Below, one piece after another: positions 15,241-26,247 of a DNA stretch of 64,000 nucleotides. The stretch comes from Cercozoa sp. M6MM (lineage: Eukaryota; Protista; Endomyxa: Ascetosporea), in NCBI GenBank assembly GCA_040357565.1, contig JBDODJ010000032.1. The stretch is one strand, 5' to 3'. Positions within the stretch are counted from its first letter, which is position 1. Each line of letters opens with the position of its first letter. The notes below the pieces were generated by a model, which saw only the letters and a list, made by a program, of their open reading frames with translations, was not told the DNA's origin and did not search any database. The position numbers were made by a program, and so were the translations under genes.

Positions 15241-18200
15241 TTACAGGGAAGTATGACTGCTGCTCCACTGGACCAAGTGAGTCGGTCTCGGGGATGTCAC
15301 GGTCGACGTTGAACTCGCAGATTGGCGGCTCAGAGGCGACCTCTCGGGCCATGTGCTAGTGTTGTCGCTGGCAGCTGGAGAATGAGATGGAGGGACGAGC
15401 GGCATGAACTCCGAGTCTGCCATTCTCGTCGAGGCCGCCAGCGTGTCCAGCTCGTCCTCGTCGACCTCGTCGGCAGGAACAATCCTCGGCGCAGCGATGG
15501 TGACAGCACGTCGCAGTCTGGGTCCATCGTCCGACTCATTGCCACTGACCGGCTGTATCCTGTTGTCGCCGTGCCTGTCACTGTGGCCGGCACGTCCTGT
15601 GAGTTTCGAGATCGAGCGCGTGATCCAACCGCGGAAGATGCCGTGTCCACTGTCGTTGCTGCTGTCGTTAGAGTTGCCAGTGTTGCCTCTAGTAGCACTG
15701 GTGCGACTGCCAGACAGGTGGCTACTCGGCAGGTTTGGCAGCGACTTGGATTTGCCGGCACGGAAACGCACGGCCTTCTTGGCAGGCTCGGTACCGGTGG
15801 GACGACGCAGCGCCCCGAGTGCCAAGGCGGCGTTGACCTTGCGCCAGCGCGCGCCGCCTTTGAGGTTCATGGAGAAACTCTCGTAGCGGCGCTTGCGTCC
15901 CTTGCGCAGCAGTATCTCGTTGACGACGTCGCCGAGTGTGTAGTTGCGCAGCTTTTTGACCGCCGTGTCGCCCGTCGAGTTCAGCGAGAGCATCATCTCC
16001 TGCAGTCACACCACTCACATCAGTCATACTGCATCAACACACACGTGTGGGGCATTAGGTACGTCGAAGTGAGCCGAGCCGCCGAGCAGGTTGACCATGC
16101 GGCACAGCTTGATGCAGAAGGCGAGTTTCTTCCAGCCGCGCAGAGTGACAGCGGCCGTGTACTTGTGCATGGCCGTAGCAAAGTCCGGAAAGCGACGCAG
16201 GATGTTCTTGAAGTCGGTCTTCTTGAGGATCAAGAGTTCCGAGTGCACCAGTGCGCGCACGGTCTGCTCTCGCCGCGAGGCACTCATGATACCGCGCTCG
16301 CCAAAGAAGTCGCCGTCGCCGAGGATGCGCAGGCGCTCGCCGTACTCGTTGAGCACTTCGAATTGGCCGCGTGCCACGAAGAACATCTCGTTGGCCCTCT
16401 CGCCGTAGATGTAGATCACCTCGCCTGGCAGGAAGATGCGCGACTGCAGCTTGTTGATGAGTGCCAGCACGGTGAGCTGGTTGGTCTCGCGGAACATGGG
16501 CACCTTGCGAATCAGCTTCTGATTCACGTCGATCTGCAGGTCCTCCCACAGACCGTAGTGCAAATCCTTGAGCATCTCGTTGTTCGAGTCGTCCAGCGAG
16601 CGCGACCAGCGGTACTCGTAGTACTCGAGGATCTGCTGCTGCAGGTGCGGGTTGACGTGCCGCTGCTTCATGAACTGCGTGAGCTGCTCCATCTTGCGGC
16701 GCTTCTCGCCTTCGGGTCCGTCCAGCGACGACAGCGCCGACGATGCCGAGCCGACAATGAAGGCGTACATGAAGACGCCCAGTGTGATGGCCACAGTCGA
16801 GAACCAGTACTCGTAGTACTCGTGTGGGTCGACGTCGCGACCGACGCCTGTGGTCACCATCACTGCCCTGTGAGATCGGTTGTGCAGTCATCCATATGTG
16901 CATATATATTTATATCCATACATATTTATATATGTATATATATATATGTATATATATATGTATATCTGTTGACAGTAGGTGCCTGCGGATACCAGAAATA
17001 CGCCATCGCGTAGGCCTCGCCGAACGTGTTCGCCTTGGTCGTTGGCGTCCACGCGCTCTCGCCGGCGCGATTGCCGGCGATCATCCAGTAGAAGCAGGCC
17101 ATCCAGTGCCACATCACGATCAGTCCGAACAGCAGTTTGAACAGGCGTATCACCGACGGGTTGATGCGTGTGCCCATCATGAGTCGCTTGAAGATGCGCG
17201 AGATGCGCAGCACACGAATCAACTTGAAGCCGCGCAGAAGACGCACCAGTCGGTTCAAGTTGGCCGCCGACGACGACTCGCCCAGGTACGCGCTGAAGAG
17301 CAGGTCGATTGGCACCTGCCAGTCAGGTTTTTAGACATGCAGACTATGCTCAAATGCACTCAGTATACAGTGCCTCAGCAAGTTAGGCTACCGATGCAAC
17401 GAGGTCGATCCAGAACCACTTCTTGAGGTAGGTTTTTGCAATCACGAGGTGCGAGGTCTCGAGCTTGCCCTCGTTGGGACCTTTGGTGTGCCGAAAGGCA
17501 GTGAAGAACTGCAGAACGAGGTCGCAGATGAAGAAAGCGTTGAGCAGCATGTCGAGCCAAAGCGCTTCGATCTCCCAGTCCGGGAAGCCCATGTTGACAG
17601 GCGTGATGACGGCAAAGTAGGCCACGAGCAGAGCGACGAAGAGGTCCCACCGAATGCGCCACTTGTTGTCAGGCCAGATGATGAAGGGCGCGTGCGGTCG
17701 CTTCGGTCCTTCGATGGCATCCTCCTCGTCGGCGGCGCGTTTCAGCAGGATGCGCGAGTTGCGTCGAATGGTCTTGAAGTGCCGGTCCATGCGCACCTCC
17801 GTGGCAATCTCGGCCGGCGTCTTCTGCGGCTCCTGGAACACCTCGAACCAGCGTGCGTTGGCAAAGCGCTGAAAGTTGAGACCTGACATGATTTTGTCTG
17901 CCGCCGCTCTCTCCTCGTCGCTGAACTCGAGGTCGGTCTCGCCGAGTGGCTCCTCCTCTGCCTCGAGCTCCTCTTCGATTTCGTCGAACGGCGCCGTTCG
18001 AGCGGTGCCACTCTGTCGCGGCAGCAAGCGCACCGAACGCTCCGACTTTGGCGATCGCGACTTTCGTCTCAGCAGCGGCGCCTCTTCGACCTCGCTCTCC
18101 GAGGACGTCGGTGACTCCACCGAGACGTGAAATTCGCCTTGCGGCGTCGTGAAGGACTGAAACGACCGAACTTTTGGTTTTGGCTCGGCGCGATCCTCGA

Positions 18201-19041
18201 ACTGAGTCACGCTCAGTCGAGTCGGAGAGCCTGGTGTTGACATGCGTGCTCGCTCGTGCTCGCGGCGAATGCTCTCTTGAGCGAGACTGTCGATGAGTTG
18301 GCCGATGGTTGCAGAGCCGCGCTTTGCAATGTCGAGTGATTTCAAGCGACGCTTAAAGTTCTTACTCAGCATGTCCTTCATTGGAGGAAACTCAGGTATC
18401 GACTCGGTCGACATCATCGAGCTGCCGCTTCGCACACGACGGTGCTTCTTTCGACTCTTGCCGGTGGGCACCGTCAGCGAAGGAGTGGAACTGTTTTCGC
18501 GCTGCTCCTTTCGAAGTCGTCGCACTCGCTTTGACTGTTTCTTTCTTCTTTCGTCGTCGAGCTGCGAAGCTCGCGAACTTTCGCTCACACTTTCTCGAGC
18601 GCTTGTGGATTCGGAAGCACTGGCAGACCGAACTGTGCCGAAAGCGGCATGCCGACCATCACGCAGCGTGAGCGACGGAACAGAAGGGTCCTCCGTATCA
18701 TCAACGGTCACGAGCGGCTTCGAGACCACGCGCATCCTATTCGGTCGCAAGCGCGAACGAGTGGCCTTGTGAATCGGCGACAAATCACGCGAGTCGCGCC
18801 GCTTGAGCACACCTCCCATGCGAAGCACACGCTCACTCACGACGTTCGGATTGCTGTCGACTCCGTTGTCATGTGCCGAGCCAGCTCCACTCGCCAGCCG
18901 ATACAGGCGCCGAGGCACATGAGGCGGTGCTTCCAGCGCTGCCACGAGCGATGAGTCACGAAACAACTGCGGTGACAAAAGCTTCGCAGCGCGAACGACG
19001 ACGTCTGGCATCGTTTCGAGCTCCCCATCCTCCCGGCCCAT
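15241..19041 (-). CDS. Voltage-gated cyclic-nucleotide-binding-domain (EAG/HCN/CNG-like) cation channel
   Basis: IIWPDNKWRIRWD S1 entry, IAKTYLKKWFWIDLVAS, S4 NRLVRLLRGFKLIRVLRISR, pore YFWAVMVTTGVGRDVDP, C-linker and CNBD (FLPGEVIYIYGERANEMFFVARG...FFGERGIMSASRREQTVRA). Confidence 0.92.
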
Positions 19042-19313
19042 ACAAGGCAGCGGATCTTGAGGAGCCTGTTGTCAGTGCAATCTCTTCGCACGCGTTGACT
19101 CTCTAACCAATCAGTTAACCTTGCAGTGTTCGAGTCACAATTTCGTTCATCCGCGCGGAAGTCCAAGTGTTTTGGCACGGAGACAAAATACGCCACGCTG
19201 GGCTTCTGCATACGGGTGATTGCGGGTCTCAATTAAGCTGAAGGGTGCATACTAGGTGCAAGCACGCGCTTGGGCACGTTCATTTGAGTTCTGGGCACTG
19301 TACAGCACTGTAC

Positions 19314-20264
19314 ATGAGCGGTGAGGCTGCCACTGCCGACAACATCATGCGTGTGAACAAGCGTTTGTTGCGACAAGCCGTGCGCACCGATGTGGCGGCT
19401 CTGTCGCAGGACGCTGTCCGTGCTCAGAGTCAACAAGTGGCCATTCGACTGATGCGTTTACCGGAGTTTGCGAGGTGAGCATGCAATCCCAGTCTCAGCA
19501 GTGTGTGCTTTGTGAGGTGCGTGGTTTGACAGAGCTCGTGCGGTGGCAGCGTTCGACGGAATCGAGGGCAAGGAACTGGACACGGCGCCGTTGCTGGCGG
19601 TGGCACTGCAGGGCGAGAAACGCGTGTTCCTGCCGCGGTGTCTGGGCAAGCGCGGCGACAACGAGAGGCACTTTGGCGGCATGACCTTTCTGCCGGTTGC
19701 CGACTTGAGCACGCTGGAATCGTGGCCACGCAATAGCTGGGGCATCCGAGAACCCGTACGTGCAGTCCTTCCCTGTCGCTGTCTCGTATCCCTTCTTGTT
19801 TTGTTACTGTCCCTTGTCTCGCTAGCCCTTTGGCGATAAGGACGCCGAGAACTTCGCGCCTGTGCCGTTGCACCTGCAGCAACAGTGGCAGCGACAATGT
19901 GCCGAAACACAGGCGTTGATCGACGTGTTCCTCGTGCCAGGAAGCGCTTTCAGCGAGCAGGGCGCTCGTCTCGGCCAGGGCTGCGGCTTCTACGACCGCT
20001 ACCTCACGGCGTACCAGCAGCGACGACAGCAACTCGGCCTGGAGGTACGTGTGCTTTCGCCCTTGTCCTTCACCCCCCCCCCATGCTTGTGTTTGTGCGA
20101 CACAGCCGGCCACGCTGGTGGGCGTCGCACTCGACCAGCAGAAGCACGACGAGCTGCCGCTGGAACCGCACGACGTGCGCATGGACATCGTCGTCTTTCC
20201 GTCCGGCGCCTTTCGGCACGGCGAGCCGCTCTCCGACGACAATCTCAACCTCGACGCCGAATAG
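19314..20264 (+). CDS. MTHFS: 5-formyltetrahydrofolate cyclo-ligase
   Basis: KRLLRQ N-terminus, ELDT, KRVFLPR, NSWGIREP, IDVFLVPGSAFSEQGARLGQGCGFYDRYL, LPLEPHDVRMD. Confidence 0.93.
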
Positions 20265-20316
20265 TTTTGTTTCGTTTTGCTTTTGAGGGTGTGACTGTCA
20301 ACCAACATCAAACACC

Positions 20317-20331
20317 TGCTCCGCGTGGAAG
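20317..20331 (+). repeat. Target-site duplication, left copy (TGCTCCGCGTGGAAG)
   Basis: Identical 15-mer at 26459-26473, immediately flanking the LINE. Confidence 0.9.
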
Positions 20332-20633
20332 TTAGTTAGTTGAGTCTTCTAGGAAACCAACTATGTAGTTCCCCTGCACCAGTCTGGGGTGGGTCACAAG
20401 AGCATGGCCGTGTTTACCGCCCGCTTAGGGTAGGACCATACAACTCCCCTTTTGACGTTCCCCAGACACCGAAGTCTACTTCATGGTTGGTGCAGGTAGC
20501 GGGCTACAAGTAGAGAGGCGTCGCAGGCCGCGTCGGGTCGTCCCGTCGTCGTCCTCCCGTCTCTCCACTCGATACCTAAACAAAACAGACAAACGGACAT
20601 AGACTTAGGGCCACCACTGCTGTGGGTGGTGGC

Positions 20634-23600
20634 CTAGTCTATGTCGGTGACCTTTCGGTCCAGTGCCTGCTGGGAGGCTAGTTGTCCTTCGACAGTTGCT
20701 TCCTCGTCCCAGGAGATCTTGGTGCCTTGATGCATTCTGTTGAGTGTTGCTAGGTTCTCAGGGTTGGCCAGTATGTCTTCAATTGTGCGCCACTGAGCCG
20801 CATTGGTGTTGTTTCTGATAGCTTCCGTTACCTTGCATTCCAGCAATCGGTGGTACGTGTCGAGAGTGTCTTCTGCATTTTCCCAGGTACCCGCGCAGTC
20901 GGGGCACTCGTTTACTTCCCGTTTTTGTAGTCGTTGTTTGCATCCCTTGCAGTTGGGAGTCCTGAGTCTGCCTCTGGCATTGCATTCATTGCACTTTCGT
21001 GGTATTTGGGCATAGTTGTAGTACTTGAAGCTTCCAAGTCTGTTGCAGAGGAATCTTGAAAGTGTACGGATGTCTGCGATGCTGAGTTTGCGCTCTTTGG
21101 CTATTTTGAGGAGTTTGTTTGAGTTCCTGATATGTTTCCAGGGGTTTCTGACGTGTGTTTTCTGTCGAGCTCTGGCTCTGGCCCTTCTGAGAGGGCGTTG
21201 CGGTTTATTGTTTTTGCTGTTTCGGGTCTGCTTTTTCAGTTTCTTGTGGTCTTTGTTTATTTTGATCCAGTTTCTCCTGTTGCGGCTGTTTCTTCCTTTC
21301 TTTGCTTCTTTGTCTGCTAGTTCGTTGAGGTGAATGTCGATGTGTGATGGTACCCAGTGTACCGTGATGTGCATGTCCTTTGTTAATTCCTTCAGTTGTG
21401 CATCAATCTCATCCATCTCTGTTTTTTGGGGTGTTGTCAGGTGCAAGATTGTTCCTTTGTTGTCAATCAGGAGTGCGATACGGGTTTCTCCTTTTTTATT
21501 AGCGTGTTTGATGCATTGCATTATGGCAACTCTTTCTGCATCATAGATAGTCGCGTTGGTGATTTTGCCATTGCCAGATCTTAGTCTTCCATTGACTGGT
21601 TTTCCTGATGTCCAGCCGTATCCTGCTTCGCTTCCGGCAAGGCTGCCGTCAGTTGCGTACACTTGTTGTAACTCTGCCCTGTTCGAGAGGTCACGTATCA
21701 GTTGGAGCCACTTGTGTTTGTGGTGTTCAGCATCCGTTTTCCGTATTGGCCATGTCTCGTGTTCTCTGGGTCTGTTCTCTGTCTTGATGATCCTTCCGAG
21801 AATCTTTCTCCTTCTTTGTGGTATTTCGCTCAGTTCAGCGTCGGTGATCTCGCGGTTTGTGGCTGCTCTTCTCCAAGCGGAAATTGGTGTGGTGTCAGTT
21901 TGTAGACACAATGTGCTCTCTTTAGCGTAGTGATTGATTAGTTCTGTCGCTTCTGCTCGTTCTGCCATCTCTTCGATTGTTCCTGTGTCGGTGATGGTGT
22001 ACACTGCCTCGTTGGGAGAGCTCGTGGGTAGTCTCATGCAGATCCTCAGGGCGGTGCGTTGTGTTATTTCGAGTTTTCTCCTCCATTTTGTGCTGCCTAT
22101 TTTGTGCCACCAGAGCGCGATGCCGTATCGGGCGCATGACAGTATCCATACTTTGTAGATCTGTACCGCTAGGTATTGTGTGAGTCCAGACCTCGTGTAA
22201 ATCAGTCTTTTCAGTGTGTTGATCCTCCGAGTGATTTTGTGGTGTAGTTGCTCTGCGTGTGCCTCGTACGACAGGTTTCTGTCTATGAGGAGACCTAAGA
22301 TTCTCATTTTGTCTACTTGCTCGATGTCTTCTCTCTCGTTGTCGTGGGACAGTGTTTTCATTCTGATTTTGAGGTCTCTGATAGTCTTCTTTCCCAGTTG
22401 GATGAACTGAGTCTTTGTGGGTGCAAATTCCATGCCGTTGCGTTTTGCCCAGGTGGTGGCTGTGTCCAGGAGGCGCCTACACGCTTCCTGCATGTCTGAT
22501 CTCTTTGTTGTCCTTACTATGACGTATGAGTCATCGGCGTATCCGACACTGTGTGCAGTGGTTACTGCTCCTTTAATTTTATAGTTTCGGGGGTGTCGTT
22601 TCATGTGTTCTCCTGTTCTTTGCAGTTGTATGTGCATGTCATCGAGGAAGGTCTTTGCGAGTAGAGGGCTGCAGATGGCTCCTTGGGGAGTACTGCCGTT
22701 GACTTGTTTGTCTGTTGATTCGGTGTCGTTTCTTCTCACCGAGATAGTTCTGTCTGAGAGGAAGGACTCCATGAGTAGCAGTTCTTTGCCATTCACATGT
22801 TTGGACAGGGCAATGATTGCGCCCTCTTTGTGGAGCTTGTCGAAGAAGCCTGTGATGTCTAGACTAATGACTGTCATGTACTCTCCTGCTTTCTTTGCCA
22901 TTTCTGCCTGCTGTTGTATGTAAGCCAGTGTGTCTAGCGTTGACATGTGTTGTTTCCACCCAGATTGGTACTTGGATACATACTGTGTGTTCATTTGTTG
23001 GGATGCTCTCTCGTTCATGAGTTTGTCCAGTAGCTTGCCGAGGCACGGCAGCAGCGAGATGGGTCGGTAGGAAGCTGCCTTTGTACAGTCCTTGCCAGGC
23101 TTGGGTAGCATCACTATAGTTGCATGTTTCCATGCCTTCGGGAAGTACCCATGTGTGAGACAGGCATTGTAGACCTTCAGTAGCAGTTGTTTGGCCTCAT
23201 CTGGTAGGTGTATGATGTGGTGGTTCATGATTTTGTCTCTGCCAGGTGCCTTGAATGGCGGGAGAGTGTTGATTGCAGCTTCCAGTTCGTCCATTGTCCA
23301 TAGTTTTGGTGCTTGTTGCAGTTGTGCTGCCTGTTGTAGCACCTCTTGGTGTTGTTGTGCAAATCTGTTCTCTCTGAGTACTTCATTGTTCATTGCGAAT
23401 TGGGACCAGTCTAGTGTGGTTTTCTTTTGTAAGTGTTCTGCAAAGATCTCTGCGATGGCTTTGTCTTCTGAGGCACCCTCAATTGTTGAGGCTCTGGTAG
23501 CGCCATTTGTTTCTCTGTCATTGATGTTTCTCAGTAGTCGAGTGGTCTCCCCGATTGTTGTGTGTGCGTTTAGTCTGGCCACTCTCTCCTGCCATAGTGC

Positions 23601-25286
23601 TTGTCTATCAATGCGAAGGCTTTGTCTGAGTTGTTTTCTCATGTTTTTGAGGAGTGCTTCGAGTTCAGACGCATCTTCATTTTTGTTTTTCAGTTCCTTA
23701 ATGAGTTTCATGGTGCTATATGTGTTCCTCTTGATTTTTATCGAGTCGACCGATATGCCTAGGCAAGAGTGTTGGGTGATTATTTTGGTGGGTGTTGCCT
23801 CTTCTATGGCTTCCTGCATGGCTTTGGTGATGTCTTCGACTGTGTCATTGATTTGCTCGGTGCTGTCCACATCTCTCTCTTGTGATAGCAGTCGAATCGA
23901 TTCATGTTCTTTGTATTTTTGGAGATCTATCTTCTTGTAGTTCTTTCTCCGTATGGTGTGTTTTGGTTTACGCACTGCTCGTTCTACTGTGACCATAACA
24001 GCGTGGTGGTCGCTGTATAGGAAGTGCAGGTGATCGTAGACCGATATTGTAGATTGTGCTGAGATGACACTGTCAGCTATCGCAAGGTCTATCGTTGTTC
24101 TGGGCTTGGCCTCTGCCTCTCCTCGGACTCTGTAACTGTGGGTTGGAGTGTACTTGTTGAGTATCTCCCAGTCATTTTCAGCTATTGCTTCTTGTAGGGC
24201 AATGCCTTGCTTGTTCGCCCGCGCTGATGTGGTTCTCGTTGTACCGTTGTCTACGTGTTCCTGGGAGTACCCAGCTTGATCTCTGGTATGTGCACACCAC
24301 TTGGCGTGTTTTGCATTGAGATCGCCAAGAATGAGACCAGGCTCCTGTGTTCTGCTGTGGAATTCCTTGAAGTCAGTTGTCAGTTGTTGCATTTGTTCCT
24401 TGCAGTTTCTGTCGGTTGGGTGGATGTAAGCGTACCATAGATGGAATCTCGTTCTCTTATGTTGTCCCACTCTTAGGTGGATGTACGAGGATGTTTCTGG
24501 GTTCCAGACACCAACAATGTGTAGCAGTGCCTTGTGTTTGCTGTATATCAGTGTGCCTTCTCGGAGTGTCTTGTTGTCTTCTTTAGATAGTTTTGGCGCG
24601 ATGGAGGCGACCAGTGCGTATTCGTTTAGTCTTTGCGGTGGGTTGTTGTGTCTGGTTTCGCTTAAGCATACGATGTCCGGCCTTTCTTCGGGTTGCAGGC
24701 AGTATATGCTGCTCAATAGTTCCTGTTGTTTTTCCTTGTTGAAGGTGTTCACGTTTTGGTGTAGGATGCGTAGTTTCGTACTTCTTTCAGCGTGGTTCTG
24801 TAGGGCCCCGATCTTTGCCCGCCTGAAGGCCTGCTGTATCGTTGCCCCGTTGAGTGTGCGTCTTGCGGTGCACCTGTGCTTAACTCGTTTGTCTGCGCGT
24901 TCGTACAGTTCTTTTATTCTTTTCTGTCCTGTCTCAGGTTCCAGGATTTCCTCTTGTTCTATCATGTATGCTTCTAGGCCTATTTCTCTCATGTCGGGTA
25001 TAACTATCTCATCAATGTGACGATCGTTGTCATTGTTGTCATCACTCTCATAGGTTTCTATTCCAATCTCTCTCATACCTGGTATCTCGATCTCGTCGTT
25101 TGGGTGGTCTCTCTCTTCTCTGATATTTTCTGCGTGTCTTGTTCTTTTATTGCGGTTGTTTACGCTCTCTGCTCCTTGTATATCAGCCAAGGCTCTGTTT
25201 CGTTTTTCTCCTATTCTAACCATCACTTGGGGTGTATTTTCGGTAGTGGTTTTGGAGGTTGTGCCTAGTTGGCGGGTTTGGTCCAT
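20634..25286 (-). CDS. LINE ORF2: AP endonuclease, reverse transcriptase, RNase H, C-terminal zinc finger
   Basis: APE: LRILHQNVN, DIVCLSET, LILGDLNAKH, TIDLAI, SDHHAV. RT: KAPGRD, YRPISLL, LDITGFFD, PQGAICSPLL, YADD. RNase H: YATDGS, AERVAI, HWVPSHIDIHLNELADKEAK. CPDC...H....C knuckle. First in-frame ATG at 25286 (frame open from ~25343). Confidence 0.95.
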   Translation of the reverse strand: MDQTRQLGTTSKTTTENTPQVMVRIGEKRNRALADIQGAESVNNRNKRTRHAENIREERDHPNDEIEIPGMREIGIETYESDDNNDNDRHIDEIVIPDMREIGLEAYMIEQEEILEPETGQKRIKELYERADKRVKHRCTARRTLNGATIQQAFRRAKIGALQNHAERSTKLRILHQNVNTFNKEKQQELLSSIYCLQPEERPDIVCLSETRHNNPPQRLNEYALVASIAPKLSKEDNKTLREGTLIYSKHKALLHIVGVWNPETSSYIHLRVGQHKRTRFHLWYAYIHPTDRNCKEQMQQLTTDFKEFHSRTQEPGLILGDLNAKHAKWCAHTRDQAGYSQEHVDNGTTRTTSARANKQGIALQEAIAENDWEILNKYTPTHSYRVRGEAEAKPRTTIDLAIADSVISAQSTISVYDHLHFLYSDHHAVMVTVERAVRKPKHTIRRKNYKKIDLQKYKEHESIRLLSQERDVDSTEQINDTVEDITKAMQEAIEEATPTKIITQHSCLGISVDSIKIKRNTYSTMKLIKELKNKNEDASELEALLKNMRKQLRQSLRIDRQALWQERVARLNAHTTIGETTRLLRNINDRETNGATRASTIEGASEDKAIAEIFAEHLQKKTTLDWSQFAMNNEVLRENRFAQQHQEVLQQAAQLQQAPKLWTMDELEAAINTLPPFKAPGRDKIMNHHIIHLPDEAKQLLLKVYNACLTHGYFPKAWKHATIVMLPKPGKDCTKAASYRPISLLPCLGKLLDKLMNERASQQMNTQYVSKYQSGWKQHMSTLDTLAYIQQQAEMAKKAGEYMTVISLDITGFFDKLHKEGAIIALSKHVNGKELLLMESFLSDRTISVRRNDTESTDKQVNGSTPQGAICSPLLAKTFLDDMHIQLQRTGEHMKRHPRNYKIKGAVTTAHSVGYADDSYVIVRTTKRSDMQEACRRLLDTATTWAKRNGMEFAPTKTQFIQLGKKTIRDLKIRMKTLSHDNEREDIEQVDKMRILGLLIDRNLSYEAHAEQLHHKITRRINTLKRLIYTRSGLTQYLAVQIYKVWILSCARYGIALWWHKIGSTKWRRKLEITQRTALRICMRLPTSSPNEAVYTITDTGTIEEMAERAEATELINHYAKESTLCLQTDTTPISAWRRAATNREITDAELSEIPQRRRKILGRIIKTENRPREHETWPIRKTDAEHHKHKWLQLIRDLSNRAELQQVYATDGSLAGSEAGYGWTSGKPVNGRLRSGNGKITNATIYDAERVAIMQCIKHANKKGETRIALLIDNKGTILHLTTPQKTEMDEIDAQLKELTKDMHITVHWVPSHIDIHLNELADKEAKKGRNSRNRRNWIKINKDHKKLKKQTRNSKNNKPQRPLRRARARARQKTHVRNPWKHIRNSNKLLKIAKERKLSIADIRTLSRFLCNRLGSFKYYNYAQIPRKCNECNARGRLRTPNCKGCKQRLQKREVNECPDCAGTWENAEDTLDTYHRLLECKVTEAIRNNTNAAQWRTIEDILANPENLATLNRMHQGTKISWDEEATVEGQLASQQALDRKVTDID

Positions 25287-26247
25287 AGGGTTCTCGTCTG
25301 GTTGGTTTAAAGATTCGTTGGTTTTTAGTGGGTGCAAGCGACGTTAGTTGCTCATCAAGGTGTTGTTTAGATTGTGTCATTGTTGCTGTGAACTCGGTGG
25401 GTCGTTGGCGGAATCTCCGCGCCGCTTGGTCGCAGAAGCTCCTAGTTGGGCGTATCAAACAGAGTTCACGCAAAGTGGCATTGATCAGACTGGGGCCGGG
25501 GTTGGGTGTTGCGCCTTTGCTGGCTTTGAAGCGAGCATGGTTGAAAGAGGCGCTAAGCCCGTTGGCACTGGCCCTTGCCGTAAAGCAATGATAATTAACG
25601 ATGAAACTAGTGGTGGCGGTGAAGCCAGAGTTGGTGGTGAAACCAGTTGTGGCGGTGAAGCCAGAGTGGGGGGTGGCACTGAGGCCGTTGTTGGCAATTA
25701 AGCGAAAGTTGGCGGTTAAGCCGTTGGGTGTTAGGCCTTTGCGGGTATTAAACCGGCATGGTTGGTAGAAATACCAACGGTGGAGTCCCGAAGGAGTCGT
25801 TTGGTGATGAAACCATTGGTGACGATTTTGCATACGCCAGTATGGACCCGAAGGTCGTGTTGGGCCGTCAGGCCGAAAGGAGGCGGTTAAGCCAGGTGCA
25901 GCGGTGAGGCTAGCGTTGGTGGTGAAACCAGTAGTGGCGGTGAAGCCAGGGTTGGTGATGAAACCAGTGGTGGCGGTGAAGCCAGGGTTGGTGGTGAAAC
26001 CAGTGGTGGCGGTGAGGCCAGTGGTGGCGGTGAAGCCAGGGTTGGTGGTGAAACCAGTGGTGGCGGTGAGGCCAGAGGAGGCGGTGAAGCCAGGGTTGGT
26101 GATGAAACCAGTGGTGGCGGTGAAGCCAGAGTTTGTGGTGAAACCAGTGGTGGCGGTGAGGCCAGAGGTGGCTGTGAGGCCAATGATCTGATGACAAGTT
26201 GGGAAACCGAAAAACACACAAACAAGCACAAACAAAAAGTCTTCCAT
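25216..26247 (-). CDS. LINE ORF1 candidate, 343 aa, with hydrophobic N-terminus and (TATTGF/TTNPGF)n repeats
   Basis: Longest ATG ORF between the 5' end of the element and ORF2; overlaps ORF2 by ~70 nt; built on an 18-nt tandem repeat (~25885-26185). Confidence 0.55.
   Translation of the reverse strand: MEDFLFVLVCVFFGFPTCHQIIGLTATSGLTATTGFTTNSGFTATTGFITNPGFTASSGLTATTGFTTNPGFTATTGLTATTGFTTNPGFTATTGFITNPGFTATTGFTTNASLTAAPGLTASFRPDGPTRPSGPYWRMQNRHQWFHHQTTPSGLHRWYFYQPCRFNTRKGLTPNGLTANFRLIANNGLSATPHSGFTATTGFTTNSGFTATTSFIVNYHCFTARASANGLSASFNHARFKASKGATPNPGPSLINATLRELCLIRPTRSFCDQAARRFRQRPTEFTATMTQSKQHLDEQLTSLAPTKNQRIFKPTRREPYGPNPPTRHNLQNHYRKYTPSDG

Noticed and set aside
15322-17013. 563-aa plus-strand ORF
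   Set aside because: Antisense shadow of the GC3-rich channel exons; no recognisable motifs.
20345-20500. Group I intron or RNase P-like core in the LINE 3' UTR
   Set aside because: Only loose resemblance (CAGACT/ATAGTT, GGGGAAC). The G-binding G-C pair and P4/CR-I consensus could not be built; kept only as an unclassified structure.
25885-26185. Regularly spaced repeats as a CRISPR-like array
   Set aside because: Contiguous 18-nt tandem units with no unique spacers; eukaryotic context and no cas genes.
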